Below, one piece after another: positions 45,858 through 56,000 of a stretch of 64,000 bases of DNA. The notes under the pieces were generated by a model that worked only from the letters and a program-made list of their open reading frames with translations, was not told the origin of the DNA and ran no database searches. This DNA is from a bacterium (GTDB lineage: Bacteria; UBA8248): NCBI GenBank assembly GCA_965200245.1, contig CBDATS010000008.1, positions 160,001-224,000 of the forward strand, given 5' to 3'. Both the position numbers and the translations under genes were made by a program. The number at the start of each line of letters is the position of its first letter. The first letter of the stretch is position 1.

Positions 45858-46535
45858 ATGTCCAGGATCGAGATGATTCTACCCGAAGAGGCGGACGCCG
45901 ATGTGACCCGCTTTTACGAGGCTACCACCGCCATGCTTGGCCGCGTACCGCACTCGATGCGGGTCCTGGCCAGAACCCCACACGTCGCCAAGGCCATGTT
46001 GCCTTTCGTGGCGACGCTCCAGCGCGAGGGGGGAGGTAGCCTGCTGAAGGCCAAGGTCAAGGAGATGGTAGTCATCAAGACGAGCCATCTCAATGGGTGT
46101 GCGTACTGATATGCGCACAACACGTCGCTTGGTCAAGCGGCCGGAATCAGCGAAGAACAGGTGGAAGTTATTGGCACCGACGCCTACATGGAGTCGGATT
46201 TGTTCTCTCCGCGCGAGAAGGCGGCCATCCTGTGGGCGGAACACGTAACGCTCAACACCGCGCGCTCGCGGGACGATGTATTCGAGGAGGTGCGCAAGCA
46301 TTTCTCAGAAGCCGAGATCGTCGAACTCACGATGGTGAGCGGGCTGTTCAATCTCTTCAACCGTTACATGGATTCGCTCGGCATCCCGATCGAGGAGCAG
46401 AAAGAGGTGGACAAGATCAAGAAATCCCTTCACCTAGACGGCGGGAAGGTCAAGACCTACTATGAGACAATGGTGAAGCACTGGCCAGATGAATACCCTG
46501 AGCCCGACGCCCAGGACCCGAACAGAAACGCATAA
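45858..46535 (+). CDS. AhpD/carboxymuconolactone decarboxylase-family selenoprotein (CxxU), 225 aa with UGA read as Sec
   Basis: ORFs 45858-46109 and 46161-46535 are in frame; KEMVVIKTSHLNGCAY-TGA-YAHNTSLG matches the AhpD CxxC..H motif; SECIS-like hairpin follows. Confidence 0.85.
46124..46141 (+). promoter_or_regulatory. Bacterial SECIS-like hairpin
   Basis: GTCGCTT-GGTC-AAGCGGC, 7-bp stem; G-starting apical loop begins 21 nt after the UGA. Confidence 0.7.
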
Positions 46536-46546
46536 GCCGTCTCACG

Positions 46547-46587
46547 CAAGGAACCACCCCGGGGCAGGACTTCGGGGAGGTTCCTTG
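46547..46587 (+). terminator. Hairpin, probable terminator after the AhpD-like gene
   Basis: CAAGGAACC-A-CCCCGGGG / CTTCGGGG-A-GGTTCCTTG. Confidence 0.6.
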
Positions 46588-46725
46588 TCGGACATGAATG
46601 TGAAGCTTCCTTGTTTGGTGACAGCGGGCCTGTACGCCGCTCTCGCTGGAAATCATCTGCTCGAATCATCCATAATATGACCCGTTCGCCGCGGGATGCG
46701 GCCTCTCCATTTCCGAGGTTTCCGC

Positions 46726-47190
46726 ATGAAGCGCATCTTCTGCATCGTCGCCGTACTCGCCTCATTCGTTTCCGCAGACGCGGAGACGAACGTGGAAGAA
46801 GTGCTAAAATGCCGGGTGAGTTACACCATCCTGAACGGCTACAAGGTAGAACAGATGGTGCGTATCACGCTTCCGGTCAAAGAGCGCGATCTGGCCGTCT
46901 GGCTGGTCGAACGGAAAAAGGGTGAGTTCAAAAAGCTGGCTTATCCTATTGGCGGCGAGGGAAGGCTGCTCATCACGCGTCCCTTCAACAAGGAGAAATC
47001 CGTCACCTATCCCTTCATTCTCACTTGGCAGCCCTTCGGCCGCTTTCGTATTACCGGATTTTTCCTGTCGAGAAGGTATTCGCACACCGTCGTGGTGCGC
47101 GACGAAAACGAGAAGAGAATCATCGAAATATTTCCCGCCTTTCCGGCCCACATCGCCACCAAGATCGCGCGCGGGGAGTGTGAGCGATAG
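46726..47190 (+). CDS. Hypothetical exported protein
   Basis: Signal peptide MKRIFCIVAVLASFVSADA; GAGG RBS. Confidence 0.6.
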   Translation: MKRIFCIVAVLASFVSADAETNVEEVLKCRVSYTILNGYKVEQMVRITLPVKERDLAVWLVERKKGEFKKLAYPIGGEGRLLITRPFNKEKSVTYPFILTWQPFGRFRITGFFLSRRYSHTVVVRDENEKRIIEIFPAFPAHIATKIARGECER

Positions 47191-47203
47191 AGGCGATAAA
47201 TGG

Positions 47204-47581
47204 ATGCTCAAGCGAGCCGTCCACCCCGGGGAAATCCTAAAGGAAGAACCAGCGAAATCCGGTGCCTCGCCCACCGAATTCGTGTACCGGAGCAGTGTGC
47301 CGCCTGATCGGGTCAGCCAGATCATCAACAGCGAGAGATGTATAACCGGAGATACATTCTTGTGCTTCGACCTCGAACCCGCGTTCTGGCTCCATCTACT
47401 GATTCATTTTGAACTCGCCCGCGCCGAGGAGGAATCAGGTGAGCGAATCCGCCTTCTACCTACGAGAGAAGATCAGCTGCCTTGGCCCGTAATGCCACGT
47501 GCGATTTCGATGAGAATGATGGTACGGGCTACCCCGTTACCCGCCTCGGTGGGGTTACACACCGTTTCCCTCGTTACCTGA
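47204..47581 (+). pseudogene. Degenerate HigA-family antitoxin (HTH)
   Basis: MLKRAVHPGEILKEE..VPPDRVSQII..ITGDT..FWLHL; the usual ALRFGHW segment appears partly deleted; no adjacent HigB. Confidence 0.65.
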
Positions 47582-47603
47582 ATTGTATTCCGCAATCCCC
47601 GAT

Positions 47604-48461
47604 CTACAAGTAACACCGCAGCAGTCTGATGCTTCTTTCCGCCGCAATACGGAAGGCGGGTTTCTGATCGATTTGCACCGATAGCACGCCCTCGTAACTG
47701 ATTTCGCGCAGTGCCCGGATGAAGTCGCCGAAGTGAATGTGTCCCGAACCCGGGTAGCCGCGCGTGGAATCAGCCACATGCACGTATTCAATCCACTCGC
47801 GCGCGGCGAAGATGGCTCCGGGGATGGAGGCGTCCTCGGAATTCATCCAGCAACTATCAATCATGAGACCGAGGCCTGCGTGGTTCTCGGCCTTCACGTA
47901 TTCCATCCCCTGACGCACCGTGTTGATGAAGTTCGTCTCATAGCGGTTGTAGGGTTCGATGTATATCTTCATGTTGCGTTCCGCGGCGTAGTCGGCGCCT
48001 GCGCGCATCGCATTTCGCATCCAGCCGTTCGAGGCTTCCCACATCTCGCCCGGAATACACGTGCCGCGAAACCGGCCGATGTTCACCCCCAAGGCGCCAA
48101 GTTTCTCGCCTGCTTCGATCAGAGATCGCAGCCGTGCGGCGCCTGCCTCGCGGATTTCGGCGTCAGGATGACACATCATCACCCCGTCCTGAAGTTCGCT
48201 GGGAGCCGAGCCTATCATCGTCACCGAAAGGCCCGAACGCGCGACCTCCAGCTCCACACCCTGAGCGTCGGGGTCTTTCGGGTCGCGCATGGCGACTTCC
48301 AGAGTGTCATAACCCAAATCCTTGAGCACGGTGAGATTTTCGCCGAAATCCCCGCGAACGCCTGGCATCAGGGGCGAGCGCACCTCGGGTGTGGTGATGA
48401 CGTAGCCTACACTCATACGGCTGGGCTCTGAGTATTCTGCGGCGTGTGGAGATATCGGCAT
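47604..48461 (-). CDS. Sugar phosphate isomerase/epimerase (xylose isomerase-like TIM barrel)
   Basis: IEPYNRYETNFINT, YVHVADSTRGYPGSGHIHF. Confidence 0.85.
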   Translation of the reverse strand: MPISPHAAEYSEPSRMSVGYVITTPEVRSPLMPGVRGDFGENLTVLKDLGYDTLEVAMRDPKDPDAQGVELEVARSGLSVTMIGSAPSELQDGVMMCHPDAEIREAGAARLRSLIEAGEKLGALGVNIGRFRGTCIPGEMWEASNGWMRNAMRAGADYAAERNMKIYIEPYNRYETNFINTVRQGMEYVKAENHAGLGLMIDSCWMNSEDASIPGAIFAAREWIEYVHVADSTRGYPGSGHIHFGDFIRALREISYEGVLSVQIDQKPAFRIAAERSIRLLRCYL

Positions 48462-48602
48462 TTCGCAGGTCTCCGAGATGAGGTTATTTCATGAAATTTT
48501 CCCAGAGGTTACGATTGTGCACACATATTGTCGAGTGGCGCAATGGGATTTTTCGAAAGGGAGCGCGAAGCCCCCCCCCCCAAAGTCGGAGGGCCATGAA
48601 CT

Positions 48603-49709
48603 TCATGTTCGGATGAGTAGCTGAAATGCGTATCCTGCAATCAGCGAACCCAGAATTCCGGATGCCAGGTAGATAGTGAAAGCTTTTCGTTTTACCAGCG
48701 CCCACACACCGGCCATGGCGGGCACACACGTGGCAGGACCCGCGATGAGAAAGGCCATGGCTGCACCCGTGCCCATGCCTGCGGCGAGGAGCCCTTTCGT
48801 GATGGGGATGGCAGCGACGCCTGAGGTATAGAGCGGAATCCCTACTGCGCTCGCCAGAGGAATCGACCAGGGGTTTTCGTTACCGAGTATCGCGCCTATC
48901 CATGCCGGGTCGATATAGTGGACGATGAGCGCTTCCAGGAAAAACGCCACGACCAGCCATTTTGCGAGATAAAACCCCACGTTCTTCGCCTGAGTGGCGA
49001 AACCGCTCCATGAAGGTATGGGTAATCTGGTGTCATACTGGTTTTTCCTCTCTCCAGGTGCGCCAGGTGCGATGATGCTTCTCAACTCACCATCAAGCTT
49101 CCCGCCCCGCCCGATGAGGTAAGTGGCGTAGCCCGCGCCCGCTCCTATAAGAATTGCACTGACGAGACGCGCGATAGCATAGTCCGTTCCCAGAACGCCC
49201 GCGGTCAGCACGAATTTCTCGGGGCTCATGAGGGGGGAACTGATCCAGAAGGCCATTGCGGGTCCTAGGGGGACACCGCTTGACAACATGGCGGCGATCA
49301 GTGGGATCACGCCGCAAGAACAAAAAGGAACTACCGCGCCCACCGCCGAAGCACTGGCGATGGCCATTCCCTGACGCTTATCGAACACCGCTTTTATCTT
49401 GTCGGCGTATCCAGCGACGGTGACCCATGCCGATATCCCAACGCTCAACAGGAAAAACGGCGCGATGTTCCAGAAGCTGTTCAACATGAATAAGAAGTTT
49501 CGTTTGATCTCCGAAGCGACGAGTCCTGTGGATACCTCACGTCCCGTCACCGCCCACATTATGAGTGCCAGAAGCACACCCATCGAGATGGAACACCACA
49601 GATAGGGAGAAGTCCACCCCGATTTCGGCGCAGGCGCGCAACAGGAGGCCTCATTGGCGGGTGGTGAGTTGCTTTCTCCAGTTGCATTTCTTTCTACTTC
49701 TGTGATCAT
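48603..49709 (-). CDS. Permease, ArsP/DUF318 family
   Basis: PFCSCGVIP, MAFWISSPLM, GIPLY, AMAFLIAGPAT. Confidence 0.85.
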   Translation of the reverse strand: MITEVERNATGESNSPPANEASCCAPAPKSGWTSPYLWCSISMGVLLALIMWAVTGREVSTGLVASEIKRNFLFMLNSFWNIAPFFLLSVGISAWVTVAGYADKIKAVFDKRQGMAIASASAVGAVVPFCSCGVIPLIAAMLSSGVPLGPAMAFWISSPLMSPEKFVLTAGVLGTDYAIARLVSAILIGAGAGYATYLIGRGGKLDGELRSIIAPGAPGERKNQYDTRLPIPSWSGFATQAKNVGFYLAKWLVVAFFLEALIVHYIDPAWIGAILGNENPWSIPLASAVGIPLYTSGVAAIPITKGLLAAGMGTGAAMAFLIAGPATCVPAMAGVWALVKRKAFTIYLASGILGSLIAGYAFQLLIRT

Positions 49710-50200
49710 GAAGATAGCTCCTCGGCGGCGCGCGCGAGTTTCTCGATCGCGCGGACGATCTCTTCTTGTTCCTCGGGGGAGAAGGTGTCCAGAAGCACCC
49801 CGTCCTCAAGAGCGCAGCCTTCAGAAATGGTTGCTTGAAGCGCCGCGCCAGCCTCGCTGAGCACCAGACAGCAAACGCGTCGGTCTTCTTCCTTCATGCA
49901 GCGTTCAATCAGCCCGCGCTCGAAGAGCGGGTCTGCACAGCGCGTCACGCCACTCGGGGTGAGGTGCATCCGCTTGGCGATGACTCCCATGGCTAGAGGA
50001 GCCGATTCCGCACCTGCGAGCATGTGGAGAAGTGTCCACTGATTGTGGGTGATGTCATGGCGGCACACCGCTTCTCTGTCGGCGGGCTTTTTCTGATGAA
50101 AAAGATTATCAAGCGCCACGTGGAGCCTCGCGCCCAGTTCGTGGGTCTCAAGTGCTACCCCCGAACTGCAGTCCTGCAGCGTGTTGTCTGTTTCACTCAT
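49706..50200 (-). CDS. MarR-family transcriptional regulator, Cys-rich
   Basis: wHTH LTPSGVTRCADPLFERGLIER..DRRVCCLVLSEAG. Confidence 0.85.
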   Translation of the reverse strand: MSETDNTLQDCSSGVALETHELGARLHVALDNLFHQKKPADREAVCRHDITHNQWTLLHMLAGAESAPLAMGVIAKRMHLTPSGVTRCADPLFERGLIERCMKEEDRRVCCLVLSEAGAALQATISEGCALEDGVLLDTFSPEEQEEIVRAIEKLARAAEELSS

Positions 50201-50314
50201 AACTTCTCCGTGTCTTCGTTCCCAAACTGTTGAAACTCGGGCCAGTTAAGTGTGGCCTCCCAATCAAGAGAGAGTTGCGTATAACATCTCTTTTTCTGCG
50301 CACCTCAAATATAA

Positions 50315-50368
50315 ATTAAATCAATATTTGACTTAATCAAGTATAAGCTTGTTCAAATTTCATGTCAA
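50315..50368 (-). promoter_or_regulatory. Sigma70 promoter plus palindromic operator for the marR-permease operon
   Basis: Minus strand TTGACA (50368-50363), 17-nt spacer, TATACT (50345-50340); inverted repeat ATTAAATCAA-TAT-TTGACTTAAT (50315-50337). Confidence 0.75.
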
Positions 50369-50518
50369 GGGATTTTTCGAAGTAATTCAAAGAGACTAGT
50401 CTCGAGTAAAAATCGGGCTTGTTCCATCCCATCGCCATCCCTATACTCTGGTCGACTTATGCGGGTCTGGCCGACCCCTTGCCTTGCTTTTGCATTATGA
50501 GCCTTAAAGAGGAAGATT

Positions 50519-51409
50519 ATGGAACCCATCGCACTGGATGAAATCAGCGAAGATCAAGCTACCGGACGAATTGCGGCGATTTATGAGGATATCCGACAGG
50601 TGCTGCGCAGCACGCAGGTGAACCTCATCTACCGCACCCTTGCAGTGCATGAGGATTACTTTTGCGCGGCTTGGGATGCGCTCAGACCCAACGCTTCAAT
50701 CGTCTATTTCGAGCGCTGTGCAGACAACTTGAGGATGCGCATGACTCCGCCCATGCCGCCCGACGTTCCCGACCTAGGCGAAGAACTAGAAGACGAATTT
50801 GATTATTCACCGCAAGACCTGGCCGTTATTGACGGCGTGCTGGACATATACAACGATGCGAATCCCAAGAACCTCATTCTCGCGGCGGCGCTCAAGGGTG
50901 CCCTCAATGGCATGAAGATAGGTGGCATCCGTCCTGGATCGGAGTCGGACACCGATACATTGCCCAGCGGGCCACCTGCATCCATGCGTACCGAGAGCTT
51001 GGTGGATCCGAGCGGCGTCGATGATTCTTTGGGCGCTCTCTTTCAGGAGATTCGCGTGGCAACCGGAGGGCTGGGTAGCGTCTGGCGTTTGCTCGGGCAA
51101 CATCCCGTCTTCCTTGAGCGGGTGTGGCCGTTCTTGAAAGAAGAGATGGCGAAGGCGGGTTACCGGATCACCGTTAACCATGCGCAAGGTGCGGCGGCGG
51201 CTGCGGCACAGGAATTTCCCTTTCCCGTTGAACTTAGCAGGGAGAGGATCGTGGCACTGGGACTTTCCGAGAGTGAGATCGACTTGATCGATCAAAAACT
51301 CGATCGTTTCATTCACCTTATTCCCAGGACCAACACGCTCATCCTCCTCATGAAGGCGGCTTTGGTCGGTGAGAGCAAGGTGCGCAGAAAACCCTTCGAG
51401 GAGGATTAG
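50519..51409 (+). CDS. DehI-family (group I haloacid dehalogenase-like) protein
   Basis: Two internal repeats of the type EDQATGRIAAIYEDIRQVLR..VNLIYRTLA..AWDALRPN..FERCADNLR. Confidence 0.65.
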   Translation: MEPIALDEISEDQATGRIAAIYEDIRQVLRSTQVNLIYRTLAVHEDYFCAAWDALRPNASIVYFERCADNLRMRMTPPMPPDVPDLGEELEDEFDYSPQDLAVIDGVLDIYNDANPKNLILAAALKGALNGMKIGGIRPGSESDTDTLPSGPPASMRTESLVDPSGVDDSLGALFQEIRVATGGLGSVWRLLGQHPVFLERVWPFLKEEMAKAGYRITVNHAQGAAAAAAQEFPFPVELSRERIVALGLSESEIDLIDQKLDRFIHLIPRTNTLILLMKAALVGESKVRRKPFEED

Positions 51410-51775
51410 AATTTGTTGCTCAAATAACGCGCTTGAATCGTTCGAGACGGAAAAATGTAAAACCCCGAAAGCCGCTGGACATTTCCGGTGGTTTTCATAT
51501 ACTGAGGTGCTCAATACAAAATTTGGGGAGAAGGGGGCGTTCGCGGGGCGGGGCCGAAAGGCCCCATGCCTGTGCATACTGGATGTATCTGATCGCCTAA
51601 CCGTCCCGGGCTTCTTTCCCCGTCAGCCGGATGTAGGTCGTTCTTTTCCCATTGACAGGATGGTTCTCCTTCGCGAAGCGTTGTTGACGATATCGATTTA
51701 TGATATTTTCTCTTGCCTTTCGGGCGGAGAATCGCCGCCTGCGAATGGGTTGCCACGCAAAAGACGTCGAGGCGG

Positions 51776-51852
<77 letters not shown>

Positions 51853-51922
51853 TATTTTCGGAAACTCGGATCGCCCTTCCCTCCATACGCGAGGCCACCG
51901 CGGGAGAAAGGGATGAAGGCAT

Positions 51923-51999
51923 GGTGGGTGTAGCTCAGTGGTTAGAGCGCCGGGTTGTGGCCCCGGAGGTCGGGGGTTCAAATCCCCTCACTCACCCCA
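51923..51999 (+). tRNA. tRNA-His(GUG)
   Basis: G-1, acceptor GTGGGTG/CACTCAC, C discriminator, anticodon loop TT-GTG-GC, encoded CCA. Confidence 0.97.
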
Positions 52000-52057
52000 C
52001 GGCATTTACATTTTCTTGAGCGGAATCACTGTTCCGAACAAGACCAGCGGATATCAG

Positions 52058-52134
52058 GCGCCCGTAGCTCAATTGGATAGAGCGTCGGACTTCGGATCCG
52101 AAGGTTGTAGGTTCGAGTCCTACCGGGCGTGCCA
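52058..52134 (+). tRNA. tRNA-Arg(UCG)
   Basis: Acceptor GCGCCCG/CGGGCGT, anticodon stem TCGGA/TCCGA with loop CT-TCG-GA, encoded CCA. Confidence 0.95.
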
Positions 52135-52155
52135 TTGAAAATCAAGGGATTACAA

Positions 52156-52200
52156 AGAAAAATCAAATAGATAGAAGAAATTTATCTATTTGATTTTTCT
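52156..52200. repeat. Perfect 18-bp AT-rich inverted repeat after tRNA-Arg(UCG)
   Basis: AGAAAAATCAAATAGATA, 9-nt spacer, TATCTATTTGATTTTTCT. Confidence 0.9.
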
Positions 52201-52370
52201 CTCTGTACGTCTCTGTTTATCCTGAAATGTCCATGTAACAGCCATAAAAACGTCCACTCGATTTTTCTTCAAGTTACTGTCAGATATGGTTATGGGCTGA
52301 ATTGAAGAGGACGGCACATTCTTGCTGAAATGGGTCGGTCGCGCGTGACGCGCGGGGTTGTCATACATTC

Positions 52371-52517
52371 GTGCGCAATGGCTACCTGCCGTCTCGAGAG
52401 GTATTGACGGAAATTGGCCCGGTGCGGGTTCGTGTGCCGCGGACGCGGGACAGGAGTGGCGCGGGCCGGTGCTCCAGCCCGGAGTTGCTGCCACCTTACC
52501 TGAAGAAGACGAGGAGG
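52371..52517 (+). mobile_element. IS256-family transposase fragment
   Basis: VRNGYLPSREVLTEIGPVRVRVPRTRDRSG...LLPPYLKKTR is the characteristic IS256 N-terminal motif. Confidence 0.85.
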
Positions 52518-53016
52518 GCTTCAACCATGTGGTCATTGTCTCCAACAAACACCGCGAGAGAGACGGGCTTGGATGACGAGAAGGTCAGGTTGCGTTCGGG
52601 TCGGTGCCGGATAATGTCCCCATTAACCCTGCGGCCTAGTTTACGTCCCGAACCGTCGGAGATTACGCTTTCGAGCACCGAGTTCATTCATCTCTCGTAG
52701 AAATCCGCAATGGTACCTTGAGCGCATTTGGGAAGGGGTGCTTTGTTGGCGATGCCTAGGCATATCCAATTCTGAATGACAGGAAATTCCTTTCGCAGGG
52801 CCACAAAATCCAGGACGGTTGCCATATGTTTTTTGCTCATCAGCCTTTCTTACGGGAGCGTTTCTACCCGGCTGTTGCATAGCCACTCTCGAAATTCCTA
52901 GTTTACGTCCATATCCTGGACAACACGGCTCCCCAAAACGGCTACACTCGGAGAGCACGCCTGTTCAATCGGCTTGTTCTGCAGGCTGGTGAGCGACGAA
53001 ACCATTAGCGATAACA

Positions 53017-56000
53017 TCAGGCTCCCATCGGTCCGTTCTGCGGAGAATGCACGTCCACTTCTTCTCTCGTCAGCCATTTTCCTGCCCAGATACGCCATCC
53101 CAGACGCCCCATGTCGTTGCTGATTAAAGAGATGACAGGCACCAGGATCAGGGTGATGACAGTGGCGAAAAGGAGCCCGAAGCACATGCTGATTGCCATG
53201 GGAATAAGAAATTGCGCCTGAAAGCTCTGTTCCAGCAGCATCGGCCCCAACCCCGCGGCCGTCGTCACCGTTGTCAGAATAATCGCCCGCCATCTGGAAA
53301 CGCCGGCCAGATAAAGCGCATCCTCGACCGGCATTCCATCTTTGATACTCCGGTTCGCAAAACCCAGCAGCACCAAAGAGTCGTTCACCACCACGCCGGA
53401 AAGTGCCACGATCCCCAACACGCTCATAATGGATAGGGTGTGTCCCATGATGACATGGCCCCAGACGGCACCCACGACTCCAAACGGAATGGTTGCCATG
53501 ACGATGAGAGGCTGGAAGTAGCTCCTGAACAATATAGCCAAAATTGCAAAAATAACGGCAAGCGCAAAGGCAAAGGCACGAAGAAGGCTGGCAAATGAAT
53601 CTGCACTCGCTTGTGCCTGCCCCCCGAATCTATAGCGTGTTTCCTCGTGGCGACTCAATATCTTTGAAAAAAAATCTTTCTCCAGATCCGTTATGATTTC
53701 GGTGGGATTCGCACGTTTTGGGTCAACCTCGGCCGTCACGTTGACGACTCTGCTACCGGACATTCGCTTGATTTGATCCAGCCCTCGCGTCATCTTTACT
53801 TCTGCTACTTCGTGGAGCGGTACTTCTGCCCCCGAGGATGTTCTGATTCTGATTTCTCTCACATCCTCGATGGAATTCCTCTCATCCAGTGGATAGCGCA
53901 ACTTCATTTTTACGTCATCGCGCCCGCGTTGCAGGCGCAGAACCTGTAGCCCGAAAAAGCGTGCGCGCAACTGCTGTGCCAGATCGTCGAGGCTCACTCC
54001 CAGCACCCGGGCTTGGGGTTTTAGTGATGTTCGTAACTCGAGCTTCCCGTCTCTGAAATCGTTTTCGATGGTGTGAACCCCGGGATACCTCCTCAACTCC
54101 TGCGCAAACGCCATCGACACTTTTTTGAGGTCATTGATGTTATTCCCGTAAAATTGCACGTCGATGGGCTTTCCGCCAGGTGGCGTATTATTTATTGGGT
54201 GGAAGTGAAGGGTCACAACATCCGAAATTTCCCCCGTCTTGTCGCGCCATTGATTGGAAATTTCTTCCGAATTGATTCCCCTGGCTTCCGAGGGAAGCAA
54301 TTCGGCAAATAACAATCCTGCATGGCTGCCTCCCCTTCCGGGCATCGCAAATACGTGCTGGATAACCGGCTCCCCCGTTCTTGATTGCAAGTCTTTGTTG
54401 AGAGACAGGATTGCTTTCTCAATTTTTTCTGTGGCGAGTTTGGTTCGCTCTACCGGGGTGCCTCTGGGAAATTCGAAACCCGATACCAACCAGTCGGAAT
54501 CAAGCTTTGGGAAAAACAGGAACCTCACATGTCCGCCTACGGAAAGTCCTATCGTTAGCATAAAAATCGCCAACGCAATGGCAGCGACCAGGTACCTGGC
54601 GTCAAGGCAAAACTTCAGAATCGGCCCATAGATCCGGTGGATCAGCATGTTCACCGCCCTGTCGATAGCACCCCTGATACGTGATCCGAGCGTATCCTTC
54701 TTCGCAGGTCGGACCCAGTGGGCTAGGTGTGCTGGCAGGATGAACAGCGACTCGATGAGCGAGGCTATTAGAGCTGCGATGATGGCCAACGGGAGCATCG
54801 CCATAAACTTCCCGAGGTTGCCCTCCATCATCGTCAAGGGGATAAAAGCTACAATGGATGTCGTAACTGCGGCGATAACGGGCAAAATCACCTCATGACA
54901 ACCATCTATAGCAGCCTGAATACGATTTCCCCCCCTTTGCATATGAGAATAAATATTTTCAGCCACGACGATGGCGTCATCCACCAGGATTCCAAGAACC
55001 ATGATAAAGGAGAACATGGTTATCATGTTGAGCGAACCACCGGAGACATGCAGGAACCCGAGCGACGTCAGTAGGGAAACGGGAATTCCCATCGCCACCC
55101 AGAAAGAGAGGCGAATGTTCAAGAACAACCACAGGGAAATGAATACCAGCACAAGGCCAATGCGCCCGTTTCGCAAGAGAAGATCGAGACGGTTCTGTAT
55201 CAGGCGCGACCTGTCCCCCCAATACGAAAGGTGAAGCCCCTTGGGCAGTTCTTTTTGTTTTTTCTTTACGTATTCCTGGATTGTTTTCGCAATGCTGAGG
55301 GCGTCTTCCGCTCCCGTCCGAAATACCCTGATAAGTGTCGCTGGCTGTCCGTTGAACCGACCCGATTTGTCGTTTTCTTCAAAGCCGTCCGTCACGCGGG
55401 CGATGTCGCCGAGCCTCAGGATGGTGCCATCCGGGCGCGTAAGTATTTCAAGCTGCTCGAACTCCCTGCCCGTATAACGCTTTCCCAGCGTTCGGACTCT
55501 GATTCTTTGCTCCGAGGAGCGGATGTCCCCTCCCGAGAGTTCGAGTACGTTTCTGCGAATGATAGACGCAAGTTGAGCGAACGTAAGACCGTGACGCCGC
55601 CGCGTCTCCTCGGACACCTCAATCGTGATTTCCCACTCCCGCAATCCGTCCATCGTTATCTTGGAAATGTTGGGCATCCCCAATAAATCGTCTTTCACCT
55701 CAGTGGTCCTGCGCTTGAGAATCCACTCCGAAACTTCGCCATACAGTGAGAGATAGCCTACAATGGACCTTTGCTTTACTTCCGTGATTACAGGTTTTTC
55801 GATATCGGCGGGAAAAGTGTTGATGCGGTCAATCTCGGAACTGATATCTTCCATCAACTCCCGGGAGTCGTCTACCCAGGAATGCAGCTTCATGTTCACG
55901 TTGCAGCGGTGCTCGAAGGCGGTCGAGGTAATTTCTTTCACTCCCTCCACGCTGGAAATGGCTTCTTCAATCTTGATGCAGACGCCTTCTTCCACTTCTG

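Noticed and set aside
48571-48581. C11 tract as a phase-variation site
   Set aside because: It is intergenic and forms one arm of a hairpin just after the permease stop; better explained as part of a terminator stem
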